Of a stretch of DNA of 64,000 nucleotides, positions 39,787 through 48,077 are shown in pieces. Where the stretch lies: contig JAEWFT010000021.1 of NCBI GenBank assembly GCA_023388715.1, positions 62,328 to 126,327 of the forward strand, in the 5' to 3' direction. Below the pieces are notes generated by a model. That model did no database searches, was not told where the DNA came from, and worked only from the letters and a program-made list of their open reading frames with translations. This DNA comes from Pseudomonadota bacterium (GTDB lineage: Bacteria; Pseudomonadota; Gammaproteobacteria; Xanthomonadales; Xanthomonadaceae). The translations under genes were made by a program, and so were the position numbers. The first letter of the stretch is position 1, and every line of letters starts with the position of its first letter.

Positions 39787-40128
39787 GGACCTGTATGGAA
39801 GGTCGGCGGACCTACTCGTGCAGGTCGCGGACCTACAGCAGTACCCGCCGAACCTACTCGTGTGGGTGGCTGAACCTGCAGCAGTACGTGCCGGACCTAC
39901 TCGTGCAGGCGGGTGGATCTACAGCAGTTGGTAGCGAAGCTACTCGTGCAGGTCGCTGGACCTACAGCAGTACGTCGTGGAGGTACTCGTGTAGGTGGGC
40001 GCACCTGCAGCAGTAGGTCGCGAAGCGACTCGTATCAGTGGGCGGACGTACAGCAGTACGTCGCGCACCTACTCATGCAGCCGACGGACCTACAGCAGTA
40101 CGTCGGGAAGCTGCCCGTGCAGGTTCGC
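39787..40128. repeat. Tandem array of alternating palindromic 21/22-bp units (8 A + 7 B + 1 diverged lead unit; period about 43 bp)
   Basis: A consensus GRACCTAC-TCGT-GYAGGTNGC(N) at 39808, 39850, 39893, 39936, 39979, 40022, 40065, 40107; B consensus GGACCTAC-AGCA-GTASGTCGC at 39829, 39872, 39915, 39958, 40001, 40044, 40086. Confidence 0.95.
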
Positions 40129-40238
40129 GAAGCCGTGCGCTTCATTCGCCCCGCCGCGCGCTGACGCATTGCCCCCACGCCCTCGCAAACGTGCAACCCT
40201 ATCCCCGCTGGGTTAGCCTCCGGGGAGGGGAGGGCAAC

Positions 40239-42161
40239 ATGCAGCACACGGACGTGGCCGCCGCAGAGGCGTTCATCGCCAAATGGAAGGCAATCGACGC
40301 CTCGGAACTGGCGTCCTCGCAGCCGTTCCTGATCGGCCTGTGCGACCTGCTCGGCGTCGAGCAGCCGCACCACGGCCAGGACTACATGTTCGAGCGCCCG
40401 CTGACCTTCCAGCACGCCGACGGCACCAACAGCCCCGGCCGCGTGGACCTGTACAAGCGCGGCAGCTTTGTCCTGGAATCCAAGAAGCTGCGCGCCGGCG
40501 CGCATAGCCGCGGCTTTGACGAAGCCATGTTGCGCGCGCATTCGCAGGCGCAGGCCTACGCCCGCGCCTTGCCCGCGTCCGAAGGCCGCCCGCCGTTCCT
40601 GGTGGTGGTGGACGTGGGCCACCGCATCGAGCTGTATTCCGAGTTCAGCCGCAGCGGCGGCAGCTACGTGCCGTTCCCGGACCCGCGCAGCCACCGCATC
40701 GCGCTGGACGACCTGCGCGATCCCGATATCCGCGAACGCCTGCGCAAGGTGTGGCTGGAGCCGCTTTCGCTGGACCCCAGCCGCGAAGCCGCGCGCGTCA
40801 CCCGCGCCATCGCCGCGCAACTGGCGGAACTGGCGAAGTCGCTGGAACGCAGCGGCCACCCCGCGGAGGCGGTGGCGCAGTTCCTGATGCGTTGCCTGAC
40901 CATGTTCGCCGAAGATGTGCGCCTGCTGCCGAAGGACAGCTTCCGCGACCTGCTCAAGACCCACGTGCAGACGCCTGATGTGTCCATGCGAATGGTGGCG
41001 CAGCTGTGGCAGGACATGGACAGCGGCGGCTTCTCCGTGGTGCTGGCCGGGCAGGTGCTGCAGTTCAACGGCAAGCTGTTCAAGCAGCCGGACACCCTGC
41101 CGCTGGACACCACGCAGATCCAGCTGCTGATCGATGCCGCCAGCCACAAGTGGGAGCACGTGGAGCCGGCCATCTTCGGCACCCTGCTGGAACGCGCCCT
41201 CAGCCCCGGCGAGCGCCACAAGCTGGGCGCGCATTACACCCCGCGCGCCTACGTGGAACGGCTGGTCCTGCCCACCGTGATCGAACCGCTGCGCGGCGAA
41301 TGGAGCGACGCCCAGGCGGCCGCGCTGACCCTGGCCGCCGAAGGCAAGCAGGACGAGGCGGTGGCCGAACTGCTGAAGTTCCACCACCGCCTGTGCAACG
41401 TGCGCGTGCTGGACCCGGCCTGCGGCAGCGGCAACTTCCTGTACGTGACCCTGGAACACCTCAAGCGCCTGGAAGGCGAGGTGCTGGGCGCGCTGGACGA
41501 TCTTGGCTACCGGCAGGGCGGGCTGGCGCTGGGAGGCGAGCGTGCCGATGCACTCGGCGGCGAAACCGTGGACCCGCACAACCTGCTGGGCATCGAACTG
41601 AATCCGCGCGCCGCGGCGATTGCCGAAGTGGTGCTGTGGATCGGCTACCTGCAATGGCACTTCCGCACCCGCGGCGACGTCAACCCGCCGGTGCCGGTGA
41701 TCCGCGATTTCCGCAACATCGAGAACCGCGACGCGGTGCTGGCGCATGACGGCATGGAGTACGTGACGGATGCCGCCGGCGTGCCGGTCACGCGCTGGGA
41801 CGGGGAGACCATGAAGGTCTCGCCGGTGACTGGCGAGCAGATCCCGGACGAGACCGCGCGCAAGCCGGTGGAGCGCTACCTCAACCCGCGCAAGGCGGCA
41901 TGGCCGCAGGCGGATTTCGTGGTGGGGAATCCGCCGTTCATTGGCAACAAGCGCATGCGCACTGCGCTGGGCGATGGTTATGTTGAAGCGCTGCGTGGGG
42001 CGAGCCGGGGGTGGCGTCTTTCAATACTGGCTGCCCGGGCTGATCCTGCGTTGGTCGACTCATCGGAAGACGATCTGCCGTCCACGAATTGGCTGACAGG
42101 GGTGATCGGCCACCCATGTCACTGCTTGAATCGTCGCCGAAACTTCATCGAGAACGACTGA
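40239..42161 (+). pseudogene. MmeI-like type IIG/IIL restriction-modification enzyme, truncated after the methyltransferase motif IV region
   Basis: N-terminal PD-(D/E)xK-like [38 protein letters not shown], motif [12 protein letters not shown], motif IV GNPPF; family-like sequence ends at GYVEALRGA (about 42002), then an unrelated tail. Confidence 0.85.
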
Positions 42162-42163
42162 GG

Positions 42164-43075
42164 ATGTCTACGGCCCATTTCATCCTGATCGCATCGATCG
42201 CCATACCCGCTGCCTTGATGCTTGGGATCCTGTTTTCCGCGCTTTTTCTGCGTCGACGGGATAAACGCCGGTCGCCATTGACCAACAAGGTTCTGAACTC
42301 GCCGGGTGAACAGCTGCGAAAAGACGTCATTCGTCACGGGGAGTCTTACTACGAGGCTGCAGCGCTGGCTGTCGCCATCGGCCCGATCACGCTGTCGGCC
42401 TGGCTCATGGGCAGGATGGGGAGTGTCGACTGGTCGTCACTTCGATACGGCTGGGGCGATGCCATTGTCTTTGGCATGGGTCTCGCCGGGCTGTTGTGGT
42501 GCATCGTCAAAATGCTGCAAGCGGGCAAAGCGTGGCGGCGGGCCAAGCAGGGACTGGAGGCAGAGCTCGCGGTAGGGCAGTCGCTGTCCATGCTCCAAAG
42601 TTGCGGGGCGTTGGTCTATCACGATCTCCCGACCGATCGCGGCAACATCGATCACATCGTCATCGGGCAAAGCGTTGTCTTCGCTGTCGAAACGAAATCA
42701 CGCCGCAAGCCTGCGACCTTGGGTCGGAAATCCGCGCATCTTGTCTATGACGGAGCCGCGATTACCCATCCGGGTGGGTACAGGGAAACCAAGCCTATTG
42801 AACAGGCGCGCTACCAAGCCGAATGGCTCGCAAAGTTCCTCCAAAGCGGGCTAGGCGGCGATGCGGTCCGCGTCGTGCCGCTGGTTGCACTGCCCGGCTG
42901 GTACGTCGAGCCGCCGAGAGGCGTCCGCCCTGACGTGCTGGTGAGTAACTGCCACAGCCCGCAATTCATGATGGGGGACAAGTTCGGCCCGCCCTTGGGC
43001 GACACGCTTCGGCGTCGGATCGCCCACGTGCTGGAGCAGCACTATCCGCCGCTGTCACTCGACCCAAGCACGTAA
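42164..43075 (+). CDS. Membrane-anchored NERD (nuclease-related domain) protein
   Basis: Three hydrophobic segments then VYHDLP..NIDHIVIG..VFAVETK..EQARYQA.WL. Confidence 0.8.
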   Translation: MSTAHFILIASIAIPAALMLGILFSALFLRRRDKRRSPLTNKVLNSPGEQLRKDVIRHGESYYEAAALAVAIGPITLSAWLMGRMGSVDWSSLRYGWGDAIVFGMGLAGLLWCIVKMLQAGKAWRRAKQGLEAELAVGQSLSMLQSCGALVYHDLPTDRGNIDHIVIGQSVVFAVETKSRRKPATLGRKSAHLVYDGAAITHPGGYRETKPIEQARYQAEWLAKFLQSGLGGDAVRVVPLVALPGWYVEPPRGVRPDVLVSNCHSPQFMMGDKFGPPLGDTLRRRIAHVLEQHYPPLSLDPST

Positions 43076-43090
43076 GGCCGCATGCTTCTG

Positions 43091-43150
43091 GTGGAGAAAT
43101 CTGTCCAAGCCGACGCCCCTTTGCGGGGCAACTCAACTCAGGTGTTAGGC
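43091..43150 (+). mobile_element. Degenerate integron attC site
   Basis: ..TCCAAGC-CGACGCCCCTTTGCGGGGCA-ACTCAACTCAGGT-GTTAGGC; intact R' GTTRRRY, eroded R''. Confidence 0.75.
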
Positions 43151-43211
43151 GCTGTCCGCTCGCCGCAGCGAGCGCCGTCGCATCCAAGGTCAACTGGTAA
43201 ACGAGAACGCC

Positions 43212-44123
43212 ATGCATGGAGTCCACCATCGGAGAAGCTTGGCAATCGCGGTCGCCCTTCTTCTTGCAAACCCTCCGCTAGTGCTGGCGTCTGACAGAGC
43301 AAAGGAGACCGCCTCTGACGTCACACCGCTCAGAGTTATTGATGCGCATACGCACACTGTGTTCTCTGACAGCCGGGACGCTGCCGGTGGCATCCCACGA
43401 ACCGAAGAACAATATTTCAAGGAATGGAGCGAGGCGGGCGTTGTTGGTGCGGTCGCACACACAACGATGGAAGGGGGTGGGGTGCATGACCTGCAAGAAC
43501 GAAATGTGATCTATTGCGCGGGGATCGGGGAATCGTTCGATAAGAAGCGCGTCGAATCTGGACTCGAGACCGGCCAATATGGTTGCCTCAAGATCTACCT
43601 GGGCTATGCACACCGATACGCCTACGACGAGGCCTACGATGAAGTCTATGAGCTTGCTGAGAAATATGGCGTGCCGGTGGTATTTCACACAGGCGACACC
43701 TACTCGCCGCGGGCCAAGGTCAAGTACGCCGACCCTCTGACAATTGATGAGGTAGCGGTTGACCACCCGAAGGTGTCATTCGTAATTGCCCACTGCGGAA
43801 ATCCATGGATTCAATCTGCCGCTGAAGTTGCCTACAAGAACAAGAACGTCTATTTGGAATGCTCCGCGTTCCTTGTTGGAAATTTCGATCAGATGCCCAA
43901 GGACAAGATCGACACTTACATGGTTCAGCCTCTTCGCTGGGTGTTCGGATACGTCGAGGATCCGTCGAAGGTAATGTTTGGGACAGACTGGCCCTTGGTA
44001 GGAATCAAACAGTATCTCGACGCTTACAAGCGTGCGATCCCTGAGGAGCACTGGCAGCACGTCTTCTATGAGAACGCCGCGAGGGTCTTCAATTTCAAGC
44101 GGCAGTCAACGCAGGATGACTAG
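43212..44123 (+). CDS. Amidohydrolase-family (Amidohydro_2) metal-dependent hydrolase, signal peptide
   Basis: IDAHTH, PVVFHTG, IAHCG, FGTDWP, ENAARVF; codon usage visibly less GC-rich than the core genes. Confidence 0.88.
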   Translation: MHGVHHRRSLAIAVALLLANPPLVLASDRAKETASDVTPLRVIDAHTHTVFSDSRDAAGGIPRTEEQYFKEWSEAGVVGAVAHTTMEGGGVHDLQERNVIYCAGIGESFDKKRVESGLETGQYGCLKIYLGYAHRYAYDEAYDEVYELAEKYGVPVVFHTGDTYSPRAKVKYADPLTIDEVAVDHPKVSFVIAHCGNPWIQSAAEVAYKNKNVYLECSAFLVGNFDQMPKDKIDTYMVQPLRWVFGYVEDPSKVMFGTDWPLVGIKQYLDAYKRAIPEEHWQHVFYENAARVFNFKRQSTQDD

Positions 44124-44143
44124 ACCCACCCCCCGTATGCGGC

Positions 44144-44178
44144 GCCTGACGATTGCTCAAGCCGACGCTCAGCGCGGC
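44144..44178 (+). mobile_element. attC 5' half remnant
   Basis: GCCTGAC-GATTGC-TCAAGCCGACGC; R''-like box complementary to GTTAGGC at 43144. Confidence 0.6.
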
Positions 44179-44409
44179 CAAGCCCTATCCATTGCGACGT
44201 GCATCGTGGGTGGCAAGAGCGATGCGACATCGATCGCGGCGGTTCGGATGGACGATGTGGAGTGGTACCAAGAGGCACTCTGGGTTCGTCGCTATGACAC
44301 TCGGTCCGGGAAATTTGCCAGCCACCCGAAGAAAGATGTGCACTGCCTCAATGAAGCACGAGGGCTTTAGGCTTGACGCAGCGGGCAGGCCGCTCGGAGA
44401 TGACGACGA

Positions 44410-44799
44410 ATGTTGGACAACAAGACTCAAGGCATCACCGGTGTTGGCCAGATCGCCATCACCGTGAGCGACGTCAGCCAGGCACTCGGCTTCTACCGCG
44501 ATGCCCTCGGCCTGACGTTTCTGTTCAGTGCCGGCCCTGAGCTTGCCTTCCTGGATGCGGGTGGCGTTCGCCTCATGCTGACCACGCCGCAAGGTGCAGG
44601 CAGCGTCGGTCACAATTCCCTGCTGTACTTCAAGGTGACGCAGATCGAGGCGATCCATCAGGCCATCGTCGACCTTGGTGCCACCAGTGAACGCGACCCG
44701 CAGCTTGCCGCGAGAATGCCGGACCACGAGCTGTGGAACAGCTTCCTGCGTGACCCTGACGGCAACCTGGTGGGGCTCATGGAGGAGAAGCGCCAGTGA
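44410..44799 (+). CDS. VOC/glyoxalase-family protein
   Basis: VGQIAITVSDV..FYRDALGL..LYFKV..FLRDPDGNLVGLMEE. Confidence 0.88.
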   Translation: MLDNKTQGITGVGQIAITVSDVSQALGFYRDALGLTFLFSAGPELAFLDAGGVRLMLTTPQGAGSVGHNSLLYFKVTQIEAIHQAIVDLGATSERDPQLAARMPDHELWNSFLRDPDGNLVGLMEEKRQ

Positions 44800-44858
44800 T
44801 CGTCGGTGCACGCCCATCAGACCAGGTGCCAAGCGGCATCCTCAAAGGAGCCCGGGAA

Positions 44859-45434
44859 ATGGACATGTCGCTAACCCAGGCGCAGACGGACATGCGCCAC
44901 GGCTACTACAGCGGAGGCACTGGGATCCTCGCTTCGGCGATCGCCTGGTTCACCGCAGCCGCCGTTGCCTTGCTGGTGTCGCCTCAATCAGCGGTCTGGA
45001 CGCTGCTGATCGGCGGCATGTTCATCTATCCGGTGGGGCTCCTGCTCTGCAAGCTGCTGGGCGCGCGCGGCAGCCACACCAAGGGCAACCCGCTCGGCCA
45101 GCTCGCCGGCGCCAGCACGTTCTGGCTCATCTTCTGCCTGCCGACCGCCTACCTGCTCAGCGTGCGGCACCCGACCCTGTTCTTTCCGGCAATGCTGCTG
45201 ATCATTGGCGGGCGCTACCTGGTGTTCGCCACCCTGTATGGCATGAGGCTCTACTGGACGTTGGGCCTGGTCCTGGCCGGTGCGGGGTTTGCGTTGGCAG
45301 CCCTCGATGCGTCGGCCTTCGTGGGCGCCCTGGCCGGCGCCACGATTGAGGCCGTGTTTGCCATCGCCTGCATCGTCCAGCATCGGCGCTGGTCGCGGGC
45401 TGACAATGCAGTCAAGCCGGAGCAGGTTGCCTGA
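44859..45434 (+). CDS. DUF7010-type membrane protein
   Basis: AQTDMRHGYYSG..GNPLGQLA..FFPAMLLIIGGRYLVFATLYG; multiple TM helices. Confidence 0.7.
   Translation: MDMSLTQAQTDMRHGYYSGGTGILASAIAWFTAAAVALLVSPQSAVWTLLIGGMFIYPVGLLLCKLLGARGSHTKGNPLGQLAGASTFWLIFCLPTAYLLSVRHPTLFFPAMLLIIGGRYLVFATLYGMRLYWTLGLVLAGAGFALAALDASAFVGALAGATIEAVFAIACIVQHRRWSRADNAVKPEQVA
45398..45423 (+). mobile_element. attC 5' half remnant overlapping the end of the DUF7010 gene
   Basis: GGCTGAC-AATGCAG-TCAAGCCGGAGC resembles RYYTAAC-AATTCAT-TCAAGCCGAAGC. Confidence 0.5.
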
Positions 45435-45473
45435 TCCACGTGGCAGCTGGCCCCCCCTCAATAACGGGGTCTC

Positions 45474-45950
45474 GTGAACAAGTTCATCGTACTCGCCGTG
45501 GTGCTTGCGCTTGCGCCTGTTGCCGCTGATGCCTGTGGGACGCGCGCCCCAGCCGTGCAGGCAAACATCGATGCGGCCGAGCTGGCCGCGCTTGAAAAGC
45601 TCACCGTGGCTGCAGCCCACTCGGCGGATGCCGTGTTCATCGGTTCCGTCACGCAACTGGCAAGGCCGGCGCAGGGTGCGGGCGGGCAGGGCTCCGTCAG
45701 CTTTGCGGTCGAGGCGAGCCTGAAAGGTCAGGTTCCAGACGCGTATACCGCCTCCTGGAAGGAGCACTTCGTGTACTCCTGCCAGCCATCGGCCATGTTC
45801 CACAACGTGGGGTTCCGGGACGGCGGCACGTTCATCGTCTACGTCCGCGATGGTCGGGTGATCCGCTCGGCCGCCGCCGACCACCTGCGCAGTGGATTGC
45901 TGACGCTGGAGCATGAGCGGGCGATCGTCGTGGACGCGAAGGGGAGCTAG
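45474..45950 (+). CDS. Hypothetical secreted protein
   Basis: GTG start, signal peptide ending ADAC, ADAVFIGSV motif; 158 aa. Confidence 0.65.
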   Translation: MNKFIVLAVVLALAPVAADACGTRAPAVQANIDAAELAALEKLTVAAAHSADAVFIGSVTQLARPAQGAGGQGSVSFAVEASLKGQVPDAYTASWKEHFVYSCQPSAMFHNVGFRDGGTFIVYVRDGRVIRSAAADHLRSGLLTLEHERAIVVDAKGS

Positions 45951-45995
45951 GGCTACGGTGGATGGCTGATTTCGCTGACACGGAGGAAGATTGGG

Positions 45996-46637
45996 ATGCG
46001 CAGACTCTTGCTTGTACTCGTGTTGGTGGCGGTCACGGGTTTTGTTGGGTATCGGTGGTCGAATTCTCGGGGAATGTCGATCGATGCCGCGGTCAAGAAC
46101 CCGGCGCTCGCGCCGAGCCCGGCAGTTGAGCAAGAACAAACGAAACCAATTTTGCCAGCCGCGGCAGCACTGCCGGAGAGGGGGCAACGGAAGCTGGCGT
46201 GGTCATCAATTGAGCGCACGTTGATCACCGGCAACGCTGTTGACGCACGTGAGATGCAGCGTCTGATCTCGGCCGACGCAAAGCAATTCGGGGTCGCAAT
46301 GGACATGCTGCAGGCGGAGATGCTGAGTGATCCAGTCGCCCGTGAGTTCGGGCGGGACTATCGCGAGTTGCTGGTTGCTGAACTGCGTTCCGACGAGGCT
46401 CAAGCAGTTGCGCTCGAAAGATTCGCCTGCAGCGGACAGCTGTGCATGGCCCAGCTGTCTGGCGAGAAAGCGGGGTGGGAGAGTTTTGTCTCAGGGTTGT
46501 CCGAGGGGGCGAACAAATTCCCGGCTGCCACCCGCTCGATCTATTCGTATCGTGACCCGGTAACGGGCACGCTGGATCATCGGTTGATCTTCACTTCGAA
46601 CCCGGAGATCAATGGGTTCCGCGTTGACGTCCGATAG
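45996..46637 (+). CDS. Hypothetical protein with N-terminal membrane anchor
   Basis: GGAGG SD, MRRLLLVLVLVAV.., CxxxxC motif; 213 aa. Confidence 0.65.
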   Translation: MRRLLLVLVLVAVTGFVGYRWSNSRGMSIDAAVKNPALAPSPAVEQEQTKPILPAAAALPERGQRKLAWSSIERTLITGNAVDAREMQRLISADAKQFGVAMDMLQAEMLSDPVAREFGRDYRELLVAELRSDEAQAVALERFACSGQLCMAQLSGEKAGWESFVSGLSEGANKFPAATRSIYSYRDPVTGTLDHRLIFTSNPEINGFRVDVR

Positions 46638-46830
46638 CCACCGGATCGGCATCCTCCGTAAGCTTGGCTGACCATGCGTGGCGACGTGTAGCTTGGGCCC
46701 AGGGATCGTGGAGACGGTGTGGCAGGCGTCTCGATCCTTCTTGTCGTTCTCGGCTGTATTCTCGCAGCCGTGGCGCTTGCTGTTCGGTTCGCTGGCACCG
46801 ATGCCATCCTGACAGGTGTTCGGCCCGGTG

Positions 46831-46923
46831 AACGGCGGAAAGGTCAGCGTGTTCTCGCCCGGCAAACCAGGGCAGGGCGCGGAGTTCGTGGTGGAGTTGC
46901 CGCTGATGCAGACCGCGCGTTAA
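46831..46923 (+). pseudogene. C-terminal scrap of a histidine-kinase ATPase domain
   Basis: Reads NGGKVSVFSPGKPGQGAEFVVELPLMQTAR* with no upstream kinase body. Confidence 0.55.
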
Positions 46924-46935
46924 CGGGCGCGGGCG

Positions 46936-47201
46936 TCCTTCATGCAACGGCTTGCCAGGACGCACGCCAACTGCGTCGAGAGCCTGCCCATCTTTGGTGG
47001 GCTGATGCTCGTCGCCATCGCCACCGGCAGGACGGCCGTGACCGATCCCTGGCCTACGTGTTCCTTGCCAGCCGGCTGTTGCAGTCGCTGGTGCATCTGA
47101 TGTCGGTGAGTCCCGCTGCCGTTACCATTCGCTTCACCGCGTTTGCGGTGCAGAGGGCAATCGGGTTGTACTGGGCTTTCATGCTGCTGGCGTCAGCGTG
47201 A
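46936..47201 (+). pseudogene. MAPEG-family membrane protein remnant (N-terminus missing, frameshift at about 47049)
   Basis: FMQRLARTHANCVESLPIFGGLMLVAIATG..TDP / LAYVFLASRLLQSLVHL..IRFTAFAVQ. Confidence 0.65.
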
Positions 47202-47202
47202 G

Positions 47203-47259
47203 GCCTGGCGAGTCTTTGGAGCCGCCGCGTCGCAGTGCGCACTCAATCGGGTGTTACCG
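47203..47259 (+). mobile_element. Degenerate attC site
   Basis: GCCTGGC..TTGGAGC..ACTCAATC-GGGT-GTTACCG between a stop codon and the next SD/start. Confidence 0.5.
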
Positions 47260-47274
47260 CCATTGGAGACCATC

Positions 47275-47526
47275 GTGGACATCGATTTCGTCTGCCGCTT
47301 CCTGACCTGGTCGCTGGTCATCAACTACGTGATCCTGCTGACCTGGTTCGCCGCGTTCGTCCTTGCACGTGGCTTCATGCGCCAGCTGCATGGCCGCTGG
47401 TTCAGCCTCTCCGACCAGGCCTTCGATGCGATCCACTACGGCGCCATGGCGAGCTACAAGCTGGCGATCTTCATGTTCAACCTGGTGCCGCTGCTGGCGT
47501 TGTGGGTTGTGCGGGGCGGCGGCTGA
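47275..47526 (+). CDS. DUF6868-type small membrane protein
   Basis: FL.WSLVINY.ILL.WF..LHGRWF.LS...FDAIHY.AMA.YKL.I..FNLVP; GGAG SD with GTG start. Confidence 0.75.
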   Translation: MDIDFVCRFLTWSLVINYVILLTWFAAFVLARGFMRQLHGRWFSLSDQAFDAIHYGAMASYKLAIFMFNLVPLLALWVVRGGG

Positions 47527-47580
47527 GAAGGCGTTCAGGCGGAGGCCGATGCGCGCCGCGGCCTTAGTTGGGTATTGGGC
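47521..47580 (+). mobile_element. Degenerate 60-bp attC site
   Basis: GGCTGAG-AAGGCG-TTCAGGC..GCCTTAGTT-GGGT-ATTGGGC; the upstream gene's stop lies inside the R''-like box. Confidence 0.65.
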
Positions 47581-47600
47581 ATTTGTTGGAGAAACTGCCG

Positions 47601-47990
47601 ATGGGCTGGATCAGCTGGCTCTGCTCTCCGCGGCGTTCGCCTTCCTGCCATTGCGGCGCAGTGCGCCTCACGCTGCCACAGGCGCCGGACAAGGCGACGA
47701 GCTGCAACTGCTCGCTTTGCCGGCGCACGGGAGCAATCTGTGCCTACTGCGCACTGGGATCGGTGGCTGTCGAGGGTCATCCCGAGAACACGGAAGAGTA
47801 CGTGTGGGGCGACCGGACGCTGCGGAATGTGCGTTGCAAGACCTGCGGCATCATCACGCATTGGGAGCCGCTGCAAGCGACGCCGGGCGCGCGGCACGGG
47901 GTGAACCTGCGCAACTTCGACCCACGCCTGCTGGAGTACGTGGTCGTCCCGCGCTTCGACGGCGCAGATAGCTGGACATTCCTCGATTGA
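47601..47990 (+). CDS. GFA/CENP-V family zinc protein
   Basis: SCHCGAV..CNCSLCRR..CKTCGI..GVNLR..FDGADSW. Confidence 0.85.
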   Translation: MGWISWLCSPRRSPSCHCGAVRLTLPQAPDKATSCNCSLCRRTGAICAYCALGSVAVEGHPENTEEYVWGDRTLRNVRCKTCGIITHWEPLQATPGARHGVNLRNFDPRLLEYVVVPRFDGADSWTFLD

Positions 47991-48077
47991 GTTGCGGCGC
48001 TGCAGACCTTGCGATAACAGGTGCAGGCGTTTGATACCGGCGTGCGATCGGCACGCGTCCCCCGCTGGAGACCTCCC

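Noticed and set aside
39787..40128. CRISPR array interpretation of the repeat
   Set aside because: Units are contiguous, alternate between two related types and have no unique spacers; no cas genes are in the window.
39734..40216. Short ORFs over the array as real heptad-repeat genes
   Set aside because: The recurring 22-nt units shift the frame, the ORFs overlap in different frames, and one crosses the terminator; none has a convincing SD.
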